Of a DNA stretch of 64,000 nucleotides, positions 9,907-18,454 are shown one piece after another. Source of the stretch: a virus; the IMG/VR virus record IMGVR_UViG_3300008952_000015, positions 1 through 64,000 of that record; one strand, written 5' to 3'. Made by a program: the position numbers and the translations under genes. The notes below the pieces were generated by a model. The model saw nothing but the letters and a program-made list of their open reading frames with translations, did no database searches and was not told the origin of the DNA. Each line of letters opens with the position of its first letter. The stretch's first letter is position 1.

Positions 9907-10491
9907 TTATCCATTAGCATGAGAATAGTAATCAGCCATATCATCATCATGTGATGAGGTCATATCGGCCCCTGGTATATATTCTACTGCTTCTGGATCT
10001 TTTTTGTGCTTTTTAAGAATGGACAGCACTGCATCTTTAAACTTGTTATTAAGTCTTCTTTCAAGCCTATCAAAGCCTAAGTGGGGATGCTCTCTGCAGT
10101 GCGTCATCACAGCTCCATAGCCAGCTTCAGGTCTATCTTTTGCAAAAGAAGAAATATACGCCATAATCCTCTTAAGGTCCTGGATCAAAGCTTTTTTATC
10201 AGATGCTTTTTCCGAATTAGCCGAACACCCATCACAGGTGCCACATCCGCATCCGGCCTCCTTAACCGCCTCTTTTTCTGACGCATCAATATTCTTTACA
10301 AGATTGAACCCCGCCCGAGATTTTAGGTCCGCCATTTTTTCGTCTATAGTATCAAAGTCATTTCGCTTTTTCATTATAGATCGAAGGTTATCAAGATAAT
10401 CAGCATTTTTGTTCAAACCATTAGAAAAGTCTCTAACCCAACCAGCGGTTGTGCTATACTCCTCTGTTAAATTTTGCCTGTTTACCTTCAT
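9907..10491 (-). CDS. Hypothetical head-cluster protein
   Basis: ORF abutting terL; LNKNA and AVKEA motifs, the latter followed by CGCGTCDGC. Confidence 0.7.
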   Translation of the reverse strand: MKVNRQNLTEEYSTTAGWVRDFSNGLNKNADYLDNLRSIMKKRNDFDTIDEKMADLKSRAGFNLVKNIDASEKEAVKEAGCGCGTCDGCSANSEKASDKKALIQDLKRIMAYISSFAKDRPEAGYGAVMTHCREHPHLGFDRLERRLNNKFKDAVLSILKKHKKDPEAVEYIPGADMTSSHDDDMADYYSHANG

Positions 10492-10500
10492 AATTACCCC

Positions 10501-11106
10501 TTAATATAAGCCCATCTCGCCCATTCGTTCGCGGCGCTCATGATATTCCTCTTCTGCAGCCTCTGCTTGCTCTCTAGCATATTCTTCATATTGCTTTTTT
10601 TGCTCTACGGAAAGTCTTCCTTCGGCTACAACCGGAACCACTCTTTTGCCTTCGCACTGCGCACAAGTAATATCATATGTTCCACCAAAATAATCCTCTT
10701 CAAAGTCTGGGTCATCATAAAAGTCATCGCTAGTCAGACCTCCTGCATCTATATTTGGATCAACTGTTTTGCCCTTTCCTCCACACAGGCTGCAAACCTC
10801 AAGTTCTGCTGGCAAGTTAAGCTCTATCTCTTTTTCTTCCGTCCACTCTCCTGTGTCTGGATCCTGCGTCATATCATCATCATCTAAATACTTGGTCCAC
10901 GATATAGTAATGGTTCCTGATCTCTCATCATATCCTTTCCAAGCGCTTTTTGCGTTAGCCCTTGGGTCCATCATATAATTTCGATCTTCAAGTAAAGCGT
11001 CCCGATAAGAAGCCTCTTTTGCCAAGGCGCTTAGAAGTTTAGCCTCTCTAAGAAGACCTCTTGAGTTTAAAATGCTTGCTAATTCAGTTAATTTATCTAA
11101 CATCAT
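10501..11106 (-). CDS. Protein with the N-terminal repeated module and a DnaJ-like CxxCxGxG zinc finger
   Basis: N-terminus KLTELASILNSRGLLREAKLLSALAKEA; later CSLCGGKG and CAQCEGKR. Confidence 0.7.
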   Translation of the reverse strand: MMLDKLTELASILNSRGLLREAKLLSALAKEASYRDALLEDRNYMMDPRANAKSAWKGYDERSGTITISWTKYLDDDDMTQDPDTGEWTEEKEIELNLPAELEVCSLCGGKGKTVDPNIDAGGLTSDDFYDDPDFEEDYFGGTYDITCAQCEGKRVVPVVAEGRLSVEQKKQYEEYAREQAEAAEEEYHERRERMGEMGLY

Positions 11107-11115
11107 AAACCTCTT

Positions 11116-12168
11116 CTAATTAAAGTAACTTCTTACGAAGTCGATTCCGCGCTTATTGCCATCATCTTTAGAGGGCCCCGGAGAGTAAGAGCCTCTATCT
11201 TTAAAGATATGAAAACCACTGTCCATACATAATTGCATAATGGAAAGCTCTTCACGGTCGGTCAAATCATACTTTTTCTTAAGAGAGGCATAAACCTCTT
11301 CCATAGGGTGTCCGGCAGAAATATGTGCGTTAATCATCATCCCGGATATTGCTCTTTCAAAAGGAGAGACGGCGATAACTAAATTATTTGGAGTTGAAGC
11401 CTTCTTCTCTAGCTCTTCCGCCTCTTTGAGTTGCTCATAAGAAAGCTTCCTTCCAGAAGGGCTTTTCCAGTTTGGAACAGAATGCGCTTTAGATTCTTTT
11501 TGACTATGTCCATCTTTAATTTGCTTTTTTAGCTTTGATAGATGATCCTTGAGAACCAATACATCTCTCATGATGTTAACTCTTACATCTTCAAGCTTTG
11601 CTATATCCAAAACACTATCATGATCTTCTCGTATAGCTCTAGAGATATCTCCATTCATTCTATCTAGGAAGCTTATGGCTCTTTCACACCCGACTGTAGA
11701 TGTTCCATCGTGCTTTGGAATCTGTGACGGATACATTTCGCTTACATGAGCCATAAACTTAGACAAATCTTTATCGTTTGCATAATCTGTTTCAGGCTCC
11801 GGCTCATCGTCAGGCTTATAGTCGTCAGCGCCAGGCAGTAAATCAGATAGAGGGATATCACCGTGCTCTTCTGCGAATTGAGTCACGTCCTCATCTAATG
11901 CTTCCAGCTCTTCCCCTAGATCTCCGAGACTACCCTCTCCCTCTGTGAGGGGTTCGAGAAGGTCTCCAAGAGATGCGTCTTCCATTCTTTTTAGATCCTC
12001 TTCGAAGACCGTGACCGAATCAGCTTCTCCTCCAGATTCCTCTGCGAATTCCAATACATCATCTTCTGCAAAATCAAATGCGCCCTCTTCGTAAAGAACT
12101 TCATCCGGAGGTGCGACTTGGGCTGCTTCCTTATAAACTACTGTATTTTTCGTACTATTAGACATCAT
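11116..12168 (-). CDS. Hypothetical head-cluster protein with a very acidic N-terminal half
   Basis: 350-aa ORF; VYKEA, LKEA and EKKA motifs. Confidence 0.7.
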   Translation of the reverse strand: MMSNSTKNTVVYKEAAQVAPPDEVLYEEGAFDFAEDDVLEFAEESGGEADSVTVFEEDLKRMEDASLGDLLEPLTEGEGSLGDLGEELEALDEDVTQFAEEHGDIPLSDLLPGADDYKPDDEPEPETDYANDKDLSKFMAHVSEMYPSQIPKHDGTSTVGCERAISFLDRMNGDISRAIREDHDSVLDIAKLEDVRVNIMRDVLVLKDHLSKLKKQIKDGHSQKESKAHSVPNWKSPSGRKLSYEQLKEAEELEKKASTPNNLVIAVSPFERAISGMMINAHISAGHPMEEVYASLKKKYDLTDREELSIMQLCMDSGFHIFKDRGSYSPGPSKDDGNKRGIDFVRSYFN

Positions 12169-12173
12169 TTCTC

Positions 12174-12608
12174 CTATCCTATTAAGCTGTAAATCCCATA
12201 ATAAACATCTGTATTCTCATTATCATCAGAATAATAATTAATAGGATATCCATATTGAGCCTTGGGCATGTTTCCTATCATTATATGCGGGTACATAGGG
12301 CTTCCGTTTAATCCGGCACTTCCCGCCGGAAGAGACTGCTGGTTCTCGTCAAACTTGCAGTCTACAGATTCCTTATCCTCGTAAACCCTGTCGGCAAAGG
12401 GGCATTTCTTTGGCATCTCTGCCAAAAGCATCTCCTCTAAATTGTCTTCTAAGACCGCCTGTCTTTGCTCATCATCTTTGTACAAATAAAGTGGAACCAT
12501 CTTAGATATAACAGCAGACTCATCCTCTTCAGATGGTCCCCCGGCAGACATGCATCCGCCAGGTATCTGTAGCCCAAAGGGGCATGACTGTGTTTTTCCT
12601 CTGATCAT
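12174..12608 (-). CDS. Hypothetical Cys-containing protein
   Basis: CPFGL..GGC...CPFA...VDC; preceded by a TACTAATA motif. Confidence 0.65.
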   Translation of the reverse strand: MIRGKTQSCPFGLQIPGGCMSAGGPSEEDESAVISKMVPLYLYKDDEQRQAVLEDNLEEMLLAEMPKKCPFADRVYEDKESVDCKFDENQQSLPAGSAGLNGSPMYPHIMIGNMPKAQYGYPINYYSDDNENTDVYYGIYSLIG

Positions 12609-12637
12609 TTATAGTTCTTCCTAATAAAAGAATAAAG

Positions 12638-12645
12638 TATTAGTA
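12638..12645 (-). promoter_or_regulatory. Candidate late promoter TACTAATA
   Basis: About 30 nt upstream of the ATG at 12608, at the head of the gene run leading to terL and portal. Confidence 0.5.
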
Positions 12646-12648
12646 TTT

Positions 12649-13461
12649 TTAAACATATGTATCCCCTAGGCTTTTATCATTTAAAGTAATAGAGTCATCA
12701 AGATATTTTGCTATCATCCTTCTCTTTATAAGCTCTTCTTTAAAAGACCCTGTGAGAGGAATGAGGGACAATATCCCCATATCCATAAGATATCCTAAAG
12801 TTTTTTCTGCGTCTTCAGATATAGATTCGCCTACTATAGATGTAACAAATGCGTCTCGAAGAGTTCTCCCCATTTCTCTTGAGAATATATTTACATTATT
12901 TTTAGCATAATCGATTATACTTCCGTCAATAGAAAAACCTAGCCTGGCCGCAAAGTTTATTGCCCGAAAAACCCTTCTCAGATCGTCTCCGAAGCATATT
13001 TCTGGAGTAGTAATAGGTCTTATTAGCTTATTATCTAAATCCTTAACTGCTAAATCAGTAACGTCTAATAGATCGTGCTCAAAAAGCTTTTTATGCATAG
13101 TGTTTATTGTAAAATCTCTACTATATACTTCAAAAAGACTTCTATCTTTAACCCCATACTCGGAGCTCGCAAAGTCTACCGCCTTATCTGATATGAAATT
13201 GCCCGAGAAATCAAGAGCTTTATCCTCAAAATATACTGACACATGGCCATCCTCGAACATCTTAAATCCCAACTTTAGCTGAATAGCCGCAGATATACCA
13301 AGCCTGGGGGAGTCTGCGTCGTTAGTTGTTAGGTCGATATCAGTTTTAGTAATATTATTTAGATAAATATCTCGCGGAATGCCTCCGACAACCATTGGTT
13401 CAGATACATAGTTGCTAGACGATATATCTAATATGCTTTTATAAATTTCCTCTAGCCTCAT
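12649..13461 (-). CDS. Class II tRNA nucleotidyltransferase / poly(A) polymerase family protein (short form)
   Basis: VVGGIPRD...DIDLTT (motif A, DxD), SRDFTINTM (motif B), DDLRRVFRAINFAARLGF (motifs D/E). Confidence 0.88.
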   Translation of the reverse strand: MRLEEIYKSILDISSSNYVSEPMVVGGIPRDIYLNNITKTDIDLTTNDADSPRLGISAAIQLKLGFKMFEDGHVSVYFEDKALDFSGNFISDKAVDFASSEYGVKDRSLFEVYSRDFTINTMHKKLFEHDLLDVTDLAVKDLDNKLIRPITTPEICFGDDLRRVFRAINFAARLGFSIDGSIIDYAKNNVNIFSREMGRTLRDAFVTSIVGESISEDAEKTLGYLMDMGILSLIPLTGSFKEELIKRRMIAKYLDDSITLNDKSLGDTYV

Positions 13462-13494
13462 GTTTCACCCAAACCGTATTACTTGTATATCAGA

Positions 13495-14982
13495 CTATAT
13501 TTCTGACGCCTGAAGAGATTCCTCTTGAGGGCCTTCCTCGTCAGAAGCCTCTTCTTGAGGCTCAGACCTTCCTGGCAGGTCGCTTCTAGAATCTGCAATA
13601 GACTTTGCGTTGGCAAGCTGTCCCATCATCTTAGTGACCCTAGTTAGAGCATATGAAAAGGAATCAATAAGCTTACTTTGAGACTCTGCAAGCTCAGGAA
13701 ACATTGATGCGATCCCAATTTTATCCAGCATAATATCAAATTCGGCTAACTGCCTTATTATCCGTCTGTCTGCAAGCATGCCAGCTACCTCATCAAGCTT
13801 TTTCGCTGCATCATCTAGAGAAATACTTCCAGCAAGCTCATCGTACTCACCTGGTCTTGCTCCGGGAACAGGTGTTATATCCTTAAGCTCTACGGGGTCG
13901 ACATCATCTCCGGAAGGTATAGCTGACTTTGGATCATTAGGATCTGGAGCAGCAGCCTCCTCTGGAACAGCAGCAGCCTCCTCTGGAACAGCAGCAGCCT
14001 CCTCTGGAACAGCAGCAGCCTCCTCTGGAACCTGCTGAGCTATTTTGACCAACATTTCAGCCACATCTTTTTGCCCATGCTTCTCAAGGGTGTTTGCAGT
14101 CCTGTGCGTTACATCAGAAATTGTACTTGCGAGCTTTAAGCAGTGAACCTGATGGCTTAAGTTAAGAAGATGTTCTGCTAACATCTTATACTTCTCTCCA
14201 TCCATGTGCTTGCTCCTCAAAAGCTTATCTATACGCCTTAAGGCTCCATGCAACTTGCCCTTCCATGAGCTAAATGCATCACTTTCATCAGCATCTCTTA
14301 TGGACCGATTTGCGGTCTCATCGAAGGTCGCCCCATCAAAGCTGTCTCCAGGCATGTTGAATCCACCGCCACTATGAGTATAGTTGCTATTTCCCTGTCC
14401 TAGGTTACTCATGTAAATAGCGCTCTTTTTCATATCTTGCTCCTTGTCGGAAGAGTACTTTAGGTGCTCTCCTTCACTATAATATTTAAACCATTTCTTA
14501 AACCGAGTATCTTCTTCTCTCTCTATATCTAGAAAATTACTATAATACTCTAGGGCCTTTTGCTTTGGCATTTGATTCTTTTGTACTGCATCATAAATTA
14601 AGTGAACAGTTTTTAGCCACTTATTTATATCTACTTCATCTTTTGTATCATAATTTTGCCCAAAAGGATTCGGATAAGCAACCTTCTTTATTCCACGCTC
14701 CTTAATTCGATTTTCCAAAAGAATTAAGTATGCATCATTTTTATTTGTAATACCTGTGGCCACAGCTTCACGGAAAACGCTTTCTGGCACCTTTAGGCCT
14801 AGAGAACGGCCAGCAGCCTTAACCAGTTTATACGATAAGATCTTATCGTCAGAGTCTATACCAAGATCTGTTAGCTCCGCCCCCTTCTTAGTTAAAATAT
14901 GAAATTCTTTTGAAGCATAGGATATATTAATCTTAGATAATTTTCTAAGGAAGTATTCATTAACATTTAAAGAAATAGTCAC
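13495..14982 (-). CDS. Hypothetical head-cluster protein with multiple K-x-A motifs and a VPEEAAA repeat
   Basis: IKKVAY, MKKSAI, LVKIAQ; shortened copy of the repeated module (TANTLEKHGQKDVAEMLVKIA). Confidence 0.7.
   Translation of the reverse strand: MTISLNVNEYFLRKLSKINISYASKEFHILTKKGAELTDLGIDSDDKILSYKLVKAAGRSLGLKVPESVFREAVATGITNKNDAYLILLENRIKERGIKKVAYPNPFGQNYDTKDEVDINKWLKTVHLIYDAVQKNQMPKQKALEYYSNFLDIEREEDTRFKKWFKYYSEGEHLKYSSDKEQDMKKSAIYMSNLGQGNSNYTHSGGGFNMPGDSFDGATFDETANRSIRDADESDAFSSWKGKLHGALRRIDKLLRSKHMDGEKYKMLAEHLLNLSHQVHCLKLASTISDVTHRTANTLEKHGQKDVAEMLVKIAQQVPEEAAAVPEEAAAVPEEAAAVPEEAAAPDPNDPKSAIPSGDDVDPVELKDITPVPGARPGEYDELAGSISLDDAAKKLDEVAGMLADRRIIRQLAEFDIMLDKIGIASMFPELAESQSKLIDSFSYALTRVTKMMGQLANAKSIADSRSDLPGRSEPQEEASDEEGPQEESLQASEI
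13948..14031. repeat. Perfect 21-bp tandem repeat x4 (agcagcagcctcctctggaac), encoding (VPEEAAA)4
   Basis: Read directly; units start at 13948, 13969, 13990 and 14011. Confidence 0.95.
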
Positions 14983-15218
14983 TCTCCGGCCCTCTCAATC
15001 AAAGCATCTATTTTATCTAACCATTTTCTTTTATCCTTAACCCTTTGTTCGTACACAGCCTCTCTCAGGTAACCTAACAACGATCTCATATGTGCTTTTG
15101 GAACAGGATTATCTTCAGGATATAGGGTAAGGCTTCTCTTGAGCCACTCCTCAAAAGAAACAAGACTGCTGATGTCCTTAAAATCAAACACCTTATATGT
15201 CTTTCCGTCAATCAACAT
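14979..15218 (-). CDS. Hypothetical protein
   Basis: ORF overlapping both neighbours. Confidence 0.6.
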   Translation of the reverse strand: MLIDGKTYKVFDFKDISSLVSFEEWLKRSLTLYPEDNPVPKAHMRSLLGYLREAVYEQRVKDKRKWLDKIDALIERAGE

Positions 15219-15891
15219 CTATAATCTCTCCCTCTAGCTCTCCAAAGGAGCCTGTCAAAACTTTGGTTCTTGCATCAAGTCTTTCTACGAAAACAGTTAT
15301 TAGTTCTGGACTAATTTCGCCAAGCACATCAATTACTGTTTCTTTCAAAATTCTTGCCTGCTCATTTACTACATTAATATTAATATTATGATCAATTCGT
15401 TTATCTGCAACTCCCTCTACATACTTCTTCCAGTCCTGCATTAAGCCTTTCATAGTGTTTATGTATTCTATGAAGATCTTATCCTCTCGAAGAGTGCCTC
15501 CATTTTCCAGCAAATTGTAATAGAATTCTAGCCTAGAGTTTATCAAGGAGTCCATCTCAAGAAGCCTTCTTGATACATCAAGCTTCCCTTCTGCTATCTC
15601 CTCGATCTTCTGCTGATAAGCAGAAGAGTTCTGTATAACCATTTTCGTCTCAGCCTCAACGGCTTCCCTGTCAAGTTCTGTTCTGCGATTCTTTATATCG
15701 CCAAGAACATCTCCTTTTAAATTTAAATGATCTGCTCTAAACTTTTGAAGAGTCATATAAGATACGTGCAATCTTTTTGACCTAGGGTATTTCTCTTTAA
15801 GCCATCTCTCTACTTCCTTTACAGAGTCTCCGCCTAATAATCTTTTGATCATATCCTCTTTATCGGGATGGTTTAATACTTTCTTGCTCAT
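15208..15891 (-). CDS. Putative terminase small subunit / HTH plus coiled-coil protein
   Basis: N-terminal HPDK..I..LL.G.SVKEV..WL...VSY.TL..F HTH-like region, central helical region and NININ-type beta segment; sits in the head cluster. Confidence 0.45.
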   Translation of the reverse strand: MSKKVLNHPDKEDMIKRLLGGDSVKEVERWLKEKYPRSKRLHVSYMTLQKFRADHLNLKGDVLGDIKNRRTELDREAVEAETKMVIQNSSAYQQKIEEIAEGKLDVSRRLLEMDSLINSRLEFYYNLLENGGTLREDKIFIEYINTMKGLMQDWKKYVEGVADKRIDHNININVVNEQARILKETVIDVLGEISPELITVFVERLDARTKVLTGSFGELEGEIIDVD

Positions 15892-15904
15892 ATTTTCTCC
15901 AGTT

Positions 15905-15946
15905 AAAAAAAATGCCCCGGTTATATATTACCTTAACCAGAGCATT
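15905..15946 (-). terminator. Intrinsic terminator
   Basis: Minus strand reads AATGCTCTGGTTA-loop-TAACCGGGGCATT followed by a T run, downstream of ORF 15978..16877. Confidence 0.75.
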
Positions 15947-15977
15947 AAAATTAGTATAGAGTTTTGAAAGCTGCTTA

Positions 15978-16877
15978 TTATCTATTCTTGCTCATCCATG
16001 TATCCAAAAGGTCGGATACATCGTGAAGGCCACAATCATCTAATGATGAAGCAACACTTACAATGGGGCTAAGATTAAGCTGCGCCTTAATATGGCTTGC
16101 TAAACTTTTTATGGTCAAATCTAATTCGTTAGACTCCTGGTCAAAGCCGACGCTGTCGAGTGTATTTGAAATAGCTACTAAAGAATTCGTCATGTGAGCC
16201 AACGAAGTCTTACCAACTTCGAGAATTTGCCTCTCATCTTCTGTAAGATTTTGCGGAGTTAACTCACGAAGCCTGCCTTCTGATAGCTTATAGCCAGACT
16301 CAGGATCCCTGTGAGCTATTACAAGGTTCTTTATTATAAAACCTATATCCATAACATGATCTTCAGATCTGAGCCTGCCCTCAGGTCCTGCCCAATCCCA
16401 GTCACTTGCCGCAACCTTCTTCAGGACACCGTCTAATCTGTCAGCCTCTTTTGACAAGCCTTTTGCATCTAAAACACTTGCCATCCTTGAAAGACTAGAT
16501 TGTAAGGATGCGCTTCCACCTGGAAAAGATCTTCCATCTTCGGTTTTAAAGCCTTCGTTATAATCATATACCTTGTTCGTATAAGGGTCTTGATAAACCC
16601 CGTCAGACACCCTTTGGGCCTGAACGCCTATTCTATCTGGAGAATATCGAGTAGATAGATGAGGTGCCACGTATTCGGTAGGAACCCTTGAGTCATCACC
16701 CTCGGGCGCTATATTGTAAAGAGATTCCGTATCTCTGCCTATCGGAGCCTCTCCGCCCCTCTGAGAGAGATACCTCTCTCTTGTTGCATAGTCTGTAGTG
16801 TTAGACTGAAAGTGCTGAAAAATACCATGCTGATCTCCTACGGCTACTTTTGATATTCTACGTCTTGTCTTACTCAT
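15978..16877 (-). CDS. Head-cluster protein with three copies of the repeated module
   Basis: SLSRMASVLDAKGLSKEADRLDGVLKKVA, SLVAISNTLDSVGFDQESNELDLTIKSLA, PIVSVASSLDDCGLHDVSDLLDTWMSK. Confidence 0.75.
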   Translation of the reverse strand: MSKTRRRISKVAVGDQHGIFQHFQSNTTDYATRERYLSQRGGEAPIGRDTESLYNIAPEGDDSRVPTEYVAPHLSTRYSPDRIGVQAQRVSDGVYQDPYTNKVYDYNEGFKTEDGRSFPGGSASLQSSLSRMASVLDAKGLSKEADRLDGVLKKVAASDWDWAGPEGRLRSEDHVMDIGFIIKNLVIAHRDPESGYKLSEGRLRELTPQNLTEDERQILEVGKTSLAHMTNSLVAISNTLDSVGFDQESNELDLTIKSLASHIKAQLNLSPIVSVASSLDDCGLHDVSDLLDTWMSKNR

Positions 16878-16885
16878 GTCGTCTC

Positions 16886-18445
16886 CTATGATAGTACTAT
16901 TTTAGAAGAAGAGATCATTGCTCCGGTCTCCCTAAGCGCCTCTGACTTTAAAGCTCTGGCGGATGGGACCATTCTTCCCTTCTCATCGAAGGCTATCTTG
17001 CTAACTGGAAGCCCAAGCTTAGGACAATAAAGCTGCACAGAGGTTGGAACTCTAATGAGGTCTCCTCTATCAAAAGCGTTCTTAATCTGCTTCTCCCTAT
17101 CTGTATTTCCAGAGGAGTGCTTTAAAAGCTTAGAAAACATATCTAATGCAGATATGTACTTTTGACCACCGAATTTCGACTCTATTGTTGTCAAAGCATC
17201 TTCTGCTCGCTTAAAATCAGCTGTAGCCACACCATCAGTCACCTGATCGACTAACTGGGGATAGGAAAGTCTGCCCATCTCTTCGACATCTCTAGACACA
17301 CTTTGTAGCGAAGAATTAGCCTTAGAGCTTTCGAGAATCTTTCTCAGACCCTTTTCATTAAGAGGCAGAGTCTGTCCTGCAACCTTAAATTTATTTGGAA
17401 TTACAGGGCTTCCGTTTGGCATATCCACAGGAATGCTGATAACAACCCGCCCCTTATCCGTTGGAATATCTGCGCTAAACGTCAGAATTCTATCGTCACT
17501 TGCCGCGACTTTTACCTGAGGATTAGGAATACCAAAGCCTGCCATTTGTGAGGCTATCACATTTCTTGCCATATTTATCTGGTCTTTAGAGAAAGATGTC
17601 GCCGCCTCTACCAAGCTGTCCTCTATATTCGCATAGGCCTCAAGGGAAGACGGAGTCACTGGAGCCTTTGTCTCCAGGGTTCCAAACGACCTTTGATCTG
17701 CATACTTTTTCCTAGAAGATTTTTGCGTAAAATTATTCTTGTCTTTTACAAATACATAAAGATTTTCTTTATTAAGCTTTACAAGCTGGTTGCCCTGAAC
17801 AAAGCTCGTTGGCAGTGTTGGAATTCCATTAGTAACCTGAACGGGAACTGACACCTCTACTTGAGTGAAATCAGATGTATCTATTGATGCTGTACACAAA
17901 ACAAAATGATCGTTGGACCTAACTGCCTTGACCACCTGTGGGGTGCAGTCCATAGACTGCAGCTGCAGCTTTGTAAACTTCTCTGCCTTCCTTAAAGTAT
18001 TATCAGAGAACGCCGAAAAAGATCCCTTTTTGTTTAAAGAAAAGACTCCGGCTAGTTCCTCAGAGAGCTTTGTAGCCTCATACATTGGCTCAAGAGCCTT
18101 TTCAAGCGGGACCCTAGACCCTTCTGCTCCAGAGGTATTTGCAAGAACTGAGGCGTGACTCTCTGGTAAAAGATCTCCGGCCTCTTCTCTAAATCTAGAT
18201 TTGCGACCCGACATCCCGTATAAATGATCGTAGGTTTCCGCTATATCTCTTTGGCTGAAAAACTGATTATCTCCAGCTCTCTTAGAAAGAACATCTCGCA
18301 TAGTACCAATTAAGGTGTCATGAGGATGCTTTTCTAAAGCCGCCTCAAGTCTGGCAACAACATAGGCTGCGGGAAAAGTTTTTCCGTTCTTTATCTTATT
18401 TAACGCCATCTCGGCTTGTCTTGCAATATCTTTTATATGACTCAT
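16886..18445 (-). CDS. Putative virion structural protein with a duplicated beta domain
   Basis: Internal repeat VEVSVPVQVTNGIPTLPTSF / VVISIPVDMPNGSPVIPNKF. Confidence 0.6.
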   Translation of the reverse strand: MSHIKDIARQAEMALNKIKNGKTFPAAYVVARLEAALEKHPHDTLIGTMRDVLSKRAGDNQFFSQRDIAETYDHLYGMSGRKSRFREEAGDLLPESHASVLANTSGAEGSRVPLEKALEPMYEATKLSEELAGVFSLNKKGSFSAFSDNTLRKAEKFTKLQLQSMDCTPQVVKAVRSNDHFVLCTASIDTSDFTQVEVSVPVQVTNGIPTLPTSFVQGNQLVKLNKENLYVFVKDKNNFTQKSSRKKYADQRSFGTLETKAPVTPSSLEAYANIEDSLVEAATSFSKDQINMARNVIASQMAGFGIPNPQVKVAASDDRILTFSADIPTDKGRVVISIPVDMPNGSPVIPNKFKVAGQTLPLNEKGLRKILESSKANSSLQSVSRDVEEMGRLSYPQLVDQVTDGVATADFKRAEDALTTIESKFGGQKYISALDMFSKLLKHSSGNTDREKQIKNAFDRGDLIRVPTSVQLYCPKLGLPVSKIAFDEKGRMVPSARALKSEALRETGAMISSSKIVLS

Positions 18446-18454
18446 TATGTACCC

